Translations under genes and position numbers: made by a program
Assembly: GCA_002633005.1 (NCBI GenBank)
Contig: NMRA01000261.1
Coordinates: forward strand, 248,001 to 312,000
Reading direction: 5' to 3'
Length of the DNA: 64,000 bases
Origin: Phoronis australis
Lineage: Eukaryota > Animalia > Phoronida
Part shown: piece after piece, positions 1-12,983 of the stretch
Layout: each line of letters begins with the position of its first letter
Numbering within the stretch: the first letter of the stretch is position 1
The notes under the pieces: generated by a model
The model's input: the letters and a program-made list of their open reading frames with translations, nothing else
Told to the model about the DNA's origin: nothing
Database searches by the model: none

Positions 1-121
1 CCCCCGAGCCCTCCTGGGTGCGCGCATATGCAAGTCACAATTCTCACCCCTAACTGCCAAATGGTATCTGGGAGAATTTTAGGGGGGCATGGGCCCCTTG
101 GCCCCCCTAAATCCGCCAGTG
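1..121. mobile_element. Right end of a short non-autonomous DNA transposon (…CCCCCCTAAATCCGCCAGTG terminus)
   Basis: The same terminal motif recurs at about 8715-8738 and 49485-49504. The left end is outside the window. Confidence 0.5.
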
Positions 122-2187
122 TTACACACGGACACCTCGAGACAGTCGTCGACGGACAGTAGCCTACGGAGCCTGTGCTGAGGCTACGGAAAACCTGTCA
201 GTCTGAGGCAACGTATTTCACTATCCCTTTTCAATACTCGTTAGACATTGGTCGAGCCAGCTCAAAAGTTTCACTAGACACATTATTCCGCGTATACGTG
301 GGATATTACTTCATGTGAGCCACTCTAGTTACGTTTTGTGTATTTATTAAGCAGTCGTGTCGTAACACATTTCTGGTCATGTGAGAAAAAGGTTTAGGCA
401 CGTGGTAATTACCACATCATAATCTTGAAATAACGAATAGAAATTATCTCAGTACAGCAGGTGATATTTTGTTGAGGCCAAAAAACACAATTGGTTCTAG
501 TCTGCGACAGACTAATTTGGGAAGCTGCGCCTCACTGCTTAAAAGAGGATCCAGACAAATTTCAGGTGCCACCAGTTGACTTATTCTTTTCGAAAATATG
601 GACTAAAAGTACCGCATCCGCATCAAATTTCAAAAAAATCATAGGATGGAGACAATTATGCTATTTTCTTCAGCCTAAGATACAGATTGAATTTTCTGAA
701 ACAAAAAAACGGCTTTATTCTTAAAATGTCACCAGAACTGTTTACAAACAATACATTTGCATCCATGGGTCTGGTTCTGCACAGGATGGAAGCACGTTTC
801 GAATGAACCATTAACTGTCATTACATATATTTTTACACATTATTTCGAGACGAATTAATTAATTAATTGCTGTCATTCCCCTTTGTATTGTAACTACTAT
901 TCATAACTTGATAGATTATAAAAATACAAAATACATCGAATTTTGAATACTTAGCTTGTCAACAATTTACAATACCGAATTTCCTTTCAGCAATAAGATA
1001 AAGTCTCTCGCACAAATTATTACAAGAAAAAACGTGCTTGGAAAATCTAACACGCCTTCTAAAGGCCTAAACATGTAAATAATTTACCTTTTAAACAGTT
1101 CTAGTATGTGGTTACAGAACGTTTCCTCTTTTCGTTATAACACCGTTCGTTTTACTTTATGTGCTAAAATAAAGGTCTGAACAGCCCTCCCATTAGTCTA
1201 TGTGAAAAGGGTGTTCTAACATGCAGTGTCAAATGGCATCTTAGAAACACTTCCTGTCTTCTTTCAACAAATGTGATCAAGAGATTTTCGATGTAACAAA
1301 ATTCTACTAATCCCTTCATCAACATCTTCCCCCTTAAATCTAATATAGGACAGAAATACATTGTCTACTTAAAATACTGTTTCCACACGGCAACACCGGC
1401 GACAAATGTTGCCGGGATGGAGGACCAACGTGATCCTATTGCACCTGAGAAAATGTTAAATCACTGCTTCATTAAATCTGTGCAGACAAGACAGCCTAAC
1501 AAATTTGCAGCGTTCACCTGAAGAGGCAAGGAGACTGGTCGAAATGAACTGTTCCCCTCCTACTGTCACAACTGATTGACAGATATGTTTTACTTAATAC
1601 CAGAATGTAATTAAATAAATGTTAGCGCAACGTTGAAGTTATTTACCAACATGCACTACGAACTGGCGTCTCGCATAATTTCAAATTTTTTTTTTCAAAT
1701 CCTAGCTATGCTTGTGCAGTGTAATAACCATAGCGTCAATGTTGACTTCTGTAGGTTCTGGTGATAGCTTCTTGATACACGGTAGAAGTTTCCCGTACTA
1801 TCCGAGTAGTCGTGGAACACCAGTATAATTTGTTGAGTGGTTCTGTAATAGATAAAGGCGACATGTTATTCCGCCTTCTCGGGATTAAAACGTTTGTATG
1901 TGCAGCAAACCCATTTCGATAAACGTAAACAAATGTGCTTTCTAAATCTTTAAACATGCCTCATTGTAAATTCATGCACAGTCCCTCGCGTATGTGTCCG
2001 TTTGAATTTGATGCGCGTCTGTGAATGTGGTGCAGGCAAGACATCTTTAAATGATGCAATTGACGTCATTGTAACGTTGTATTAAGAACGTAGTCAACAC
2101 ACTCAGAAGAAAAGAAGAAAAAAAGATACTTTCCAAGTCCAAATATTGGAAACAAGTTTCACGAGTATGCGGTCGAAGTAAACTGAA

Positions 2188-2368
2188 GACAGCACAGGTC
2201 TGTTGTAAACAAGCGGACACAGCACCGGTCTGTCGTTATCTAGCTGACACAGCACCGGTCTGTCGTAACCTAGCAGACACAGCACCGGTCTGTCGTAACC
2301 TAGCGGACGCAGTACCGGTCTGTCGTAACCTACTAAATACTGCACCGACCTGTTGTAACCTAGCAGAT
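2188..2368. repeat. 30-bp minisatellite, about 6 copies (CAGCACCGGTCTGTCGTAACCTAGCAGACA)
   Basis: The tandem units are directly visible. They explain the repetitive ORF 2103..2345. Confidence 0.9.
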
Positions 2369-3221
2369 AAGGACACCCAAGTCAATTTATGAAGCTGTCC
2401 AGAACCAAGTTATTCTGTTTCGCATTGACTTACCACATGTGAGTCACATTCGATTCTGAACTGAAAAAAACAGCAAAAGGTACTTGTTTTGAAAACACAT
2501 GGTACGAGTAGATGACTTTACTTAGTAAATGTTAAACAATTAAAAGATTTCAATTTGAACCTTTTGCACGAGCAAATCTTAAACGTATATGTCACACTAT
2601 ATCAGAGGGTTAAAGTAAGATAAACTAAGAAAGACGTCGTTTATGAACCTCAAAATAATATATTTGAGCTACATTCCGACTACAACCAAATAGCATAATT
2701 GATTCTGGTAATTCTATGAGGCGATGCGGTATTTTTGTAGCTTACTTTGTCCAAAAAACAAAAAATGTCTGATATCAGGTAAAGTGGTGGGATAATTGCA
2801 TTTCCTTTTTAAACAAAATTCACCCGAAATCTGTTTTAAGTGGTGATCCGTCCTTAAAAATCATGCGTGACCAGAGTGCAGACCAGAATCAGATATTTTG
2901 TTTTTACCTAACCATAGAAAACAAGAAGTATTGAGTTGCCTTATTTCAGGATTAGAGTTCTCAGACCTTCATAAAATTAAATCATGATTATTGTAAAAAG
3001 GGGATGGCCAAAGCTAATAGTCATATTACCTAAGCCCACAGAGCACCTCGGAATTTGCAAAAGACAATCTGTGTTTGGTCATTTGAGTGATATTGCTCTA
3101 TAACAGCAAAAACATAAACTTGCTGCTTACATAAGAGCCCTCATTCATTAACAAATAGGACCTAAAATGCCGTTAACTTTCCCTTTTTCCTCCCCCTTAC
3201 ATCATCTAGATCCGCCGGTGC

Positions 3222-6200
3222 TTACCTTGAATTGACTTTTGGAAGAGATATGTTCATCGGTCGGTATCCACGTGGAGTGATTAGAGCAGTGAATGAGGAT
3301 TTCTTTTCTAATTCTGGTTTCTTTGGTTCATCAAGTTCTGGTTTGGTCTCCTCTGGTACTTCTGCTTGCGCCGGTGAGTCCGCCATGTTGTCTTCGTCAA
3401 CAGCCTTATTTGTTTGTAGTAGATTGTTGTCCGACTGAGGTAATACTGACGGACCGTTCTGTACCTGATGATTTTTACTATGTTCACAGTCCACGGTCTT
3501 AGAATTTTCTGACGTCGTGACGCTGCCAACGCTTTGCATCTGGACTATGTCAGGCGAGAGCGTCTGTTCATGGCCACCACTGACTGGAGCTGTCGTTGGC
3601 ACCTGAAATTGCGGCGGTTTAGAATTTACTTGATCTGGTTGAAAGCCATGGTTCATAAAGGCAGCACTCAACTGCATACCGCTGTATGGATTCATCATGT
3701 AATTGCCCGGGTACATGGCATTGCTGGGGAATCTCATGTTAGCATGGAAATTGTTCAGACTTGCTTGATAACTCGCCATTTGCATTTGTTGGGCATAGTC
3801 CGGCATGACACCAGGAGGAAACCCGTTCACTTGCGTCATAGGATAGTGTGGATACATGTGTTGGTTTCCATAATAACCAACAGGAGGTGGCATCATATGA
3901 CTTTTCCTTCTAACGTCAACTGTGTCATCTTCATCGCTATCATCAGCAATCACATACTTCTTGTTCCGTCTTTTGTTTTGCTTGGCCTTCTTTCCACGTT
4001 TGAGGTCAGAACCGTGGTCAGACTCCTCATCGGACTGAGAAGTTTTCAAACTAGCTGGCTGCGACAGTGAAACTTTCTCAGTTTCAGGGGTTTGGCTGTC
4101 TTTCTTTTGCATCAATTTCTCCAGCTGGTCGCGCGGCACCAAAACGTAATTACTTTTCGCATCACCATTAGCGACTTCTTTTGGCTCCATTCCTGTAGAA
4201 GATGGTTCAGGTAACGTATTTGCTGATACGCCGTTCACCAATTCCTGCTTTTGCCCGTTTTTACTTTGACCTATCCCCACGGGCTGATAGATGTACCTCG
4301 TGGTCTCTTCGACTTCACGGTCAGCACTATCTTGTTGAGTGTCTTGAATGTGCTTTTTTACTATTTTCACCACCTCACATTGCGGGACGACCACCAACTT
4401 TCCCTCATCATTATAACAAGCTATGCCTTCTTCGAATTCTCTGCTAGCTTTCTTTATTTTACTGAAAGAGTTCGAAGGCGTTTCCTGACCTATCTCGCAT
4501 TGATCATCTGTTTCAGTGACTTCGTTGAGGTCCTTTCTAAATGGTTTCACACTGGGACCTAAAGTCCAGTTGTTGTCGGTCTCCAAAACACTTGGGGACT
4601 CGTGACTTTGCTCGTTGTACAACTTCATCTGAAGCTTGGCGCTCGCACGTCCTAAAGAACCAATTACGCTCTTGAAAGACTTCTTGATGCGTTTAATGCT
4701 GTTGAATTTGTTTTTTTCAGTCTTTTTCTTAGAACTATCTTTGTATTCAGTGGGTAATTCATTTAATTTATTTTCAATTTCATCACCTCTAGGATTTTCT
4801 GGGGTCTTTTCGAAAGGTGTTAACTCTTCAGAAAATAAGCTCCTCAATCCCGCGGCACCAGGAAATCCAACATTCTCAGTAACTGCTTGAGGAATCTCGC
4901 TGTCAGAATTTTGATCTTCCTCATCAACATTCAACTCTTCAGAAACTGATGTCGATTGTTCTGTCATACAACCACTGTTGTCACCAGTCTCCTTGAGAGC
5001 TGATAGTTCGGACTTTGAGGCAACGCGCCCTAGTTTTGCACTAAATATTAACGGTTCTTGAGCTGGAGTCTGCTTCAAATTGCCAGTTGACAATCGTTTC
5101 TCTCTGTTATTATACGCCATGGAAAGTTCGTCTTCGAATAATTGCTGGAATGATTTTGGTTTGTCGAAATCCTGTTTTATGACGCACGGTTTACTCGGGC
5201 GTGCTTGCGCCGCCCTAATTATATCATGTTGTAGGAGAGAGCTCATTCGGCGAAAAACAAACTTTTCACTTTCTTCATTACTATTCTCACTATTTTCGCT
5301 CTGTTCACTTACGTCATCTCGAGCCTCATTTGTCACACTTTCTTGATTGCTTAGTTTCTCTTCGTGCTCTTTAGTTTTGGTTTGGGCTAGTGTTGAAGCA
5401 GCGCGAATATTCGATATTGCATCACGCAGACGTTTCATGGCGGCGTCAATGTCTTTCTTCTCTTCCCTTGGTGGTTCCATAGGCGTCTCAGAGATCGAGT
5501 GTATTGGTTTATCGTTTTGCTCATTGTGCACTACGGCTGTCAGTGTGATGTCATGTGAGGACTCCCTGTTGCTTAATTGCTTCTCTGTTTGTTGGTCATA
5601 ATCAACAGGTGGCTCTGCCGGCGGTCTGACACTGGGCTCGATGCGGCATACAAGGCTTCCTTTGGTAAGAATTTCCAAATTACTGTTGCCCCCGGATTCT
5701 AAACCGACATTAGACAATCCTTGGTTGGTTGGGGGAGGTGGAGCTTTGCGAGATTTACGATTTCCACCTTGACTGGGGTTGTTCTTCGAATTTTTCTGGT
5801 ACAGTCGCTCTTTTTGGATCCCCAGTGGTGGTGGAGCTGGTGCTTTCTTTTTCTTCAGAAAAGATACGTTCTTATGTGCCTTCCCACTAATAGGAGTGCT
5901 GGGGACTGACTGTGAGGGGGGCGCGGGAGCTCGCGGTTTGTGATGCAGTTTATTAGGTGCCGATGCGGAGCTTGATGATCGCTGAACGTGATTACTTACG
6001 TCCTCGTTGGCGTCGTAGATTTTCATAAAGGTGCTGGCATTAATAACGCTTAAAGGCCGACGTGAGTCACGTGATGAGTGGGTTGACTGCCCGCTGTTTT
6101 GAGAACCGTTTAAATCTCTCAAATCTGTCAACGAGCGTCTTACAGGTCGAAGTTTTAGTTCGTTCATTTCTGTAATAGCAAACGGCAGAACATGGTTTTC

Positions 6201-6365
6201 GGGCAACGCGTAGCTTGGCTGGCGCTGTATTGGTAGATGAGGTTGAGGTTCCGTTGGAATGATTGGATCTGGTACCAAGGTGTGATCCGGAGGATAAACT
6301 GTTCTAGCTTTGGTACTAGTAGTGTAACTCAAACGGATCTCCTTTGTGGACTGTCCGTTTCCCAT
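3222..6365 (-). CDS. Uncharacterised 1047-aa, largely disordered protein: N-myristoylation-type start (MGNGQS), three K/R-APxPP motifs and an M/Y/P/N-rich low-complexity C-terminal region. It may splice onward at 3226.
   Basis: 3.1-kb uninterrupted ORF. An acceptor (ttttattttccag|G) lies at 6382/6381, 16 nt upstream of the ATG. The stop TAA overlaps a consensus donor AAG|GTAAGC. Confidence 0.85.
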   Translation of the reverse strand: MGNGQSTKEIRLSYTTSTKARTVYPPDHTLVPDPIIPTEPQPHLPIQRQPSYALPENHVLPFAITEMNELKLRPVRRSLTDLRDLNGSQNSGQSTHSSRDSRRPLSVINASTFMKIYDANEDVSNHVQRSSSSASAPNKLHHKPRAPAPPSQSVPSTPISGKAHKNVSFLKKKKAPAPPPLGIQKERLYQKNSKNNPSQGGNRKSRKAPPPPTNQGLSNVGLESGGNSNLEILTKGSLVCRIEPSVRPPAEPPVDYDQQTEKQLSNRESSHDITLTAVVHNEQNDKPIHSISETPMEPPREEKKDIDAAMKRLRDAISNIRAASTLAQTKTKEHEEKLSNQESVTNEARDDVSEQSENSENSNEESEKFVFRRMSSLLQHDIIRAAQARPSKPCVIKQDFDKPKSFQQLFEDELSMAYNNREKRLSTGNLKQTPAQEPLIFSAKLGRVASKSELSALKETGDNSGCMTEQSTSVSEELNVDEEDQNSDSEIPQAVTENVGFPGAAGLRSLFSEELTPFEKTPENPRGDEIENKLNELPTEYKDSSKKKTEKNKFNSIKRIKKSFKSVIGSLGRASAKLQMKLYNEQSHESPSVLETDNNWTLGPSVKPFRKDLNEVTETDDQCEIGQETPSNSFSKIKKASREFEEGIACYNDEGKLVVVPQCEVVKIVKKHIQDTQQDSADREVEETTRYIYQPVGIGQSKNGQKQELVNGVSANTLPEPSSTGMEPKEVANGDAKSNYVLVPRDQLEKLMQKKDSQTPETEKVSLSQPASLKTSQSDEESDHGSDLKRGKKAKQNKRRNKKYVIADDSDEDDTVDVRRKSHMMPPPVGYYGNQHMYPHYPMTQVNGFPPGVMPDYAQQMQMASYQASLNNFHANMRFPSNAMYPGNYMMNPYSGMQLSAAFMNHGFQPDQVNSKPPQFQVPTTAPVSGGHEQTLSPDIVQMQSVGSVTTSENSKTVDCEHSKNHQVQNGPSVLPQSDNNLLQTNKAVDEDNMADSPAQAEVPEETKPELDEPKKPELEKKSSFTALITPRGYRPMNISLPKVNSR

Positions 6366-8581
6366 TGTTCAATATTCAAACCTGGAAAATAAAAGATAAG
6401 TTAGTTTTGTTCAGTATGTTTAATAAGTTTTGTAATAAATCAATGCCGCAGCTTACATGGACTTAGGGAGAATAATGTTGAAGTCGGCCAATATCGTTCA
6501 CTCTCGGTCCATACCATGATATGACGCACGATAGCGGTACTATATAAATGTATAGTGAAGTAGAAAAGGACCCTGAAGGTCTAGGATTACAGCATGTCAC
6601 AGATCAGTAGGAGCGTAAAAGATGGAGACAAAAGACACGTGACTAAATGAACGCTAGAAGATAGTAGTTCTGTCGTGTGGGAGCTCTGCTAGCGACGGAA
6701 TAGAAAGGCCATTACATAACAAAGGCGTGCCATCTTTTATTGATAGCCAACGTAGTGTAGGTGAAATGTGAATCATCAATCATTATTGAATGGAACCCAG
6801 TTTGAGGTGGGGTCTCGTGGATTCTCGCCTGTTGTTTGCTATTCTTTCTCTCTCACCGAGGCCAAGCCACTTTTGACGTGCTTGTGAAATCGGGATATAG
6901 ACGAACCCGTTGTTTGCGCCAGCTCCTACGGCCATACGACGTTGCGGTCGATCGCCTTCTCCTACCATCGACTGAACAACGTTAATAATTATCGAAAAAA
7001 TCTCTCCTGAAACGTCGCGAAAAATTCAATGTAGAGGTTGGTGAAGGTAATACTAAACAGCTCACCCGGCGTCCATCGTCCCAAAAGTTTCCGTTATCTA
7101 ATTGGACTGAAAATTTTTACGCAGTCCAGATAGGTTAGTTTACTAGGCTTGGAAAGAATGGTCGAAACCAGGGCTCTACACAACTATTTCCGAACAATGA
7201 TTAAATCTCGGTAGAGCAAAAGTGCGAAGTATATACACATAACTGATTATTACTGATATAACTTCTATAAATTACTTTAAACTGTGATGCTCTTATACTT
7301 ACTTGGCTAAACCTTTATTAGTAACTGTGAAGGGGGAGCCTTAGGTAAAATTTCTGTCGTGAGTCATTTTAATGAAACGGACCCCAGGCTCGACAAGCTG
7401 ACTTGTGACAGCGTGTCATTTTATTGGTCGAGTATGGTATTGGTATACCTCGAAAAATAACGAATTTCTCAGTACTTTGCAATTTCTCAACTGAGTAAAA
7501 GACATATCACTGAGCCCAATTTTCAACGGGTCACGGATTTACTATCGCTTCACTGATGTTATCAAACTAATCGACTGTCGTACACGACAATGCGGAGCGT
7601 GTAATCAGCGTTCCGACTGAACTACAGAATTTTCCGCTCGGACTATAACTGTATAAAACCGAATTCCAACCTGAGTGCTGAGTGGGTGAAGTGTTATCCA
7701 AAAGGCGCATGTTTCATCTTCAAAGTCAATCGAAAACCGGACACACTCTATTTCAATCGAAATGTCTATATTTTTAGGAGGAAAGTTAAGTCGCAGTACT
7801 GTCTTTTAGGCTCCTGGTTGTATGGAATAGTGTCCGTATTGCGCAGTCGCACGGCAAATGAGAGTCAGTGCGTTGACAGGGCTTCAGACCATAAACATTT
7901 GGAGACGGAGCCGAGTTCACTGTCACTATTGATTACATGATGGATATAACCACTGCCATTCACTTAGTAATTTACGCGTGAATTATAAATCGAAACTTTT
8001 TGTTTACGTTGAAAAACGACCCCGAGTGTGTTTTAACGGGGTTACGAGGGCTAAAGTTCATCATGCAAACGTAGTTAAATGACCCACGGTGGGTCATTTC
8101 TCAGAAGACGTCAGACCATTTCAAATAAAATAACACGATCCACTCTGAAGTGAACAATTGGCTATCGTTAATTAGAGGAGGCCTGACGAAAGAGGCTAAC
8201 ACTCAGGTGCTAAAAATACACGCGGTATCTCATTTAATGTGGCGCACCAAGAACATGCCATCTTTTGATCCCAAACCGTGTGGCAATGTTATGCTTTGGC
8301 AGGTAGTTAATGAAACGGCTAAAGGTGACCCTGCCTTGACAGGTGTTCAACAAGCTGACAGGTTTTCAACGGGGGCCGGATCATTCCGTCTCAAATTCCA
8401 AATTTATTGCATTAAACCACGTTAAAAAACTATTAGGGTGATTTTAAAAGTTGAAACATGACTCCTTACTTTAAAAATATTCAACATTAATACGAATTTG
8501 AATTCAGTGTAAGATTACAAACGTTTTAAATTTGTTAGTTGTCTCTACTGTCAGTAGTTTTGTAAGTTTAATGGGAGTGAT

Positions 8582-8738
8582 CAGAGGCGGATCCAGGATT
8601 TTGAGTTGGGAGGGAGCTAGGGCAGAGTATTTGCCAGGATTTTGTCCGTCAAACATTCGCATCCACAAACTTCCAAATGGAGTCTGGGAGATTTTTGGGT
8701 TGCACGGTCCCCTTTGCCCCCCTTTAAATCCGCCATTA
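8582..8738. mobile_element. 157-bp MITE with imperfect TIRs (CAGAGGCGGAT…ATCCGCCATTA) and a 5-bp TSD GTGAT
   Basis: GTGAT is at 8577-8581 and 8739-8743. The terminus is shared with the copies at 1-121 and about 49500. Confidence 0.6.
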
Positions 8739-8920
8739 GTGATTATTGTTGTAACTGAATAATGTCTGTGGGAGTGACAATGACTATGATTACTGATAAT
8801 GAAACTGATACTAGCAACAACACTATGACGATAGTGATATAGATAATAGAAAAATAATAATACTTCTAATCGTAACCATAGTTAATGTTACCATGACGGC
8901 GATACTACTTGCTGTCTTAC

Positions 8921-8973
8921 CTGATCAGTGAGGGTGAACACCTTGTGCGTCACTCTGTGTAGTGCCATCAAAT
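8921..8973 (-). other. Candidate 5'-UTR exon of the 1047-aa gene
   Basis: Flanked on the minus strand by acceptor catactttcag| and donor CAG|gtaaga. Splice signals only, no transcript evidence. Confidence 0.4.
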
Positions 8974-11626
8974 CTGAAAGTATGTTCGATACAATCTTAC
9001 AGCATCAATGTCATTTTGCACAATCACACACAGATAAACAGATATTATTTTGTTGAAACAAGACATTTTCAATAAGGGCTTTGTCATGAGGTCTTTTCTT
9101 TGTCCTTTTTTTGACTAGGATAGCAGTTTTCTTTACATGTTGTTTTTCTCAGTTTTCTGGTATTGTGACATTAGTTTTCACAAATTTCATAATTATGATA
9201 TTTTCTGTATATTTGGATTTGTCTTGGATTGTAATTACGATACAATAAATAACTTTGTTTTAGTTTTCAGAAAGTGTTTCTTGAGCATTTTCTCAAGACA
9301 CTCAGTATTTACAGCTGGCTCTATAAACTAGAATTGATTTCTGGGCATACCGACAGTTCGTCACTTCTTGAGATCAGGCTCAGTAAATTGTGCATTAGCC
9401 TCAAGCAAAACGAGCTATCAATGAGTTGACTTAGCATAGCCTCATGCAATAGCGAACTATCAATTCTTCCCAAGCAGTGAATGAAAACTTATTGTCATAC
9501 ATACTGTCAGACGACAGTAGGTTGTTTGCTTGGCGTAGACGGAAGATGAATTAGGAAAACAGGGGGTGGTTAGTGTGACAAATATAAAATAATCGTCCAT
9601 GTCTTCTGACGTGTGTCATATGCGAAGAAATGTCTACAATTTGATATGATCTGCAATCCGTCTATCTACTGCGGATCGTGCCCTGTAGTCAATGTCATGC
9701 AGTTTGGCCTGTAGGGCATCCCATCGTATGAGGAGTGTTGGCTTTAACCCCACTTCAAATTGAGGATACCGACCCATTTAAAAAGTGGGCTAGCAAAAGA
9801 TAATCAATCCAGGTGTATAGAACATCTATGGAGTTTTGTTCCAAAAACGCCATCTTTTGTAAGGAGTAACTCACACAGATGGTAACAATTTTGGACAGTT
9901 GGATTTTAACCATTAAGCCAGAAACAATACAAAAAGAGATCACATGTTTTCAAAACTAAATACGTAATTTGAAACAAAGTTTGTAAAATAACATCAAAAA
10001 TCATTGTCTTGATATGTGAAGTTGGAAAAGTGAATCTATCGCACAACGGTTTCTAAGTTATCACGTGAATTCTTTTGTAGGTAATTTTGTGGGAAAAGAC
10101 ATCATTTGGTAGGGGATACATTGACAAAAACACCCTATTGTGGTGAAACTGGTGGTGAAAAGGTTACTTGACCGGCATCTCTTGAACGCGAGTACCTCCG
10201 GGGGTACAAATGTGGAACGTTTGTACCACGAAACACCAATCAGCGGGTTTGAGGAAAGACTCATGGTCCCTCCTGGACTTCAAAACAAGAGCACGTAAAA
10301 TGTTGAACAGTTGAATAAATGTTTGGCATAGTTCAGAATATACATCGATCAGTGAATGAAGAATCTTGAAAATAAATTTCCACTTTTTTGAACATGGCAT
10401 AGGCCTAAATAGTAATGCAAAAATGCCAAACAAGGCTAACATGATCATGAATCACTTGGGGAATGTTACTTCATTGTTCATCAAGGAACTTGCTATGACA
10501 CAAATGAAGCTTAGTTTCGTGAATAATCGAATATCTTTTGGAAGTACTCCACTGATCGAACCAACAGAATTATTTTCAAGCGAACAAGCCGATTTAACGA
10601 CAGCTCAAATCGCATGAACCCCGGCCAACGCGTCACGTCGAAGGAGTTGCTCGTTCAACTCATTTACGACAGGTCAGTGAATACATTATTACCAGTTACG
10701 AGGGCTTGGCTAAACTTTCCCATGGTTCATGAGTCCGCTTAAAATACCGAAATAATGACGGGTTTCTGAAAGGAATGTGTAACAGCTTCACCCTTTTACT
10801 TACCTGTACCAAAGACCGCTTGTCGATTCGACAGATTTGATGAAAAACTGACAATCTTTCCAAATTACTCCAGATGTGATCAGAGGTGTCCTAGTAAAGT
10901 CAACGTTGGGACAGTTTGAAGGCTGAACTAATAATAGTGAATCGGCCCCTTTTGTGTCACATGTTTGTATAAAAGCCTTTGCTGAATTGTAAATAATGGA
11001 ATGGTCCACTGTTGCAAATGTAGGTAGGTTAATTTTCGACAGTTGGTTTTTATCTATCAATTCTCAGATTTTTGAAAGACAACCGTCACTTGTGTATTGA
11101 ATAATGACACGAAGGTGTCTCCCATCCGAGGAACACAAGAACATTCGTAAAAAAACTTCAGCATTTGTTCTTATATCTTCTCGTCTGTTACCCTTGACAA
11201 CTAAGGTAATAAGACGCTCCATTTTGCAGAAGTAGGTATTATCCCGGCATATTACACTGCCGGCTACTCAATGAATATACGAGTAAGAATGTCCCACTCC
11301 TGGGTTCGCCTCACAGCGAGCTTGACATTCTTTTGATTAAATAAACAATTTCCATTACCAGTACTGTTTTTGTAATGTTGCGCACACTGGTAACCCACCT
11401 GTCAACGTCTACTTCAGTGACATCCGGGAAAGATCCAAATTCTGTTGGATATCAGGCCTACAGTCGACTTGTATTACTTAACTGTGGCTGCAGGGCTAAG
11501 GGGAAGCAAACTTCTTAACTAAATTCACGCCAGATTATCGTAACCTGGTATTGATGTTAAAGTAAATTTTAGAAGGACAACAGCGTATATGGGATGAGCT
11601 ATTTCGTGAATCTGAGAATGAATAAG

Positions 11627-11760
11627 GCGCTTGACTCCATGTGTGTTAAATACACGAGTAGAATCCAGGAATTTATATTACTGAAATCAACTGCGCTTGG
11701 GACTCCATTTGTGTTAAATACACGAGTAGAACCCAGGAATTTATGTTATTTGTATCAACT
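11627..11760. repeat. Direct tandem duplication of about 67 bp (2 copies)
   Basis: GCGCTTG(G)GACTCCAT…GTTAAATACACGAGTAGAA…CAGGAATTTAT…TCAACT occurs twice in a row. Confidence 0.85.
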
Positions 11761-12950
11761 ATTTAAGTGAAAAATATCAATATTAGAGAAAAATAACAAG
11801 AGTAATGAGCATTTATGTCTTGCGCCTAATACTAATCAAAGTTTTAGCCGGGCGCTATGCATGGACGGCGCAGCACTGAAATAAGTGAGGGGCTGCAGCC
11901 CGCCAATGACAGTTCGCCGCCCACGATATGCCTATATGCACGAAACCCTTGAGTAAACAAATCTTCGAAAAAAACACTGGGATGTACCTCTTACTTAGTA
12001 CATTTTGCTCAAAAGTTTCGCACATGAACGCATTCGCTTATCGTTTATTTAGGCGTACTTCCTTGTGTGCTTGAGGAGGAGGGGGTTGAACTGGATGCTT
12101 CATGTGTTGATATCCTTACCTAGTTCCGTGGTAACGAAGGTAGTCCATTACCTTAATTCATGTTTTTAACTTTTAAGGTGGTTATATGAACCAGCCCCCG
12201 AGAAGTAAATTGGTCTCGACTAGTGTTTTTACTTAGAAATGATAAGCTCAAGTTCGGGCCGAGTTTAATTACAAAAGAACTGACTGTTTGGACCACGCTC
12301 AGCGCATCAGTGACACACCGTGACAAGATAACTTGTAGACTGTTCCGAAGCAATAACGGCCAGTTCTTTCGAATCTATGACTTCAAAAACAATTTCGTAA
12401 CAGTCAGTGGTCTGAATCAAAATTTGGTTTTTATGATGGGAGGGAGATTTATAGACACCTTAATTGTTGAAAAATTGTCACAAATTTCTAAATGAACATT
12501 TATTTACGTTTATTTAATTGGTCTAGTTCAATTCGCAGTCTGCTGGATTCTATAGGTTTCACGAGTTATGATAAAGCACGACGTTACGTGTGAAGTGAAC
12601 TTTATCGAGATTTTCTCCCAACGTATCAAAGATTGTTTTTTGCAAGGCTGGCGTTCAGATGTGGCAAACGACTCTAAGTTGAATTTGTTTAAAACCGGAT
12701 TGTACTGATGAAAATCATTTACATTGCAATTTACCTCGGTGCTTCATTCGTGTAATGGTTAGATTTCGTTGCGCAAACCACTTTCTTTTTGTAGAAACTG
12801 GTCGCCATATGGGCATTGAATACTGTGAAAGAATTTGTAAATTATGCAATGCTAATACCATTGAAGACGAATTTAATTTTTAAATGGAGTGCAAGACTTA
12901 CTCAGGCCAAAGGAATACTTGTTTTGATAACTTTGTACTTAGGACCTGAA

Positions 12951-12954
<4 letters not shown>

Positions 12955-12983
<29 letters not shown>

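Noticed and set aside
3232-5909. Many plus-strand ORFs overlapping the 1047-aa gene (likewise 18199-21827 over SLX4)
   Set aside because: Antisense shadows of long real ORFs, with no independent motifs.
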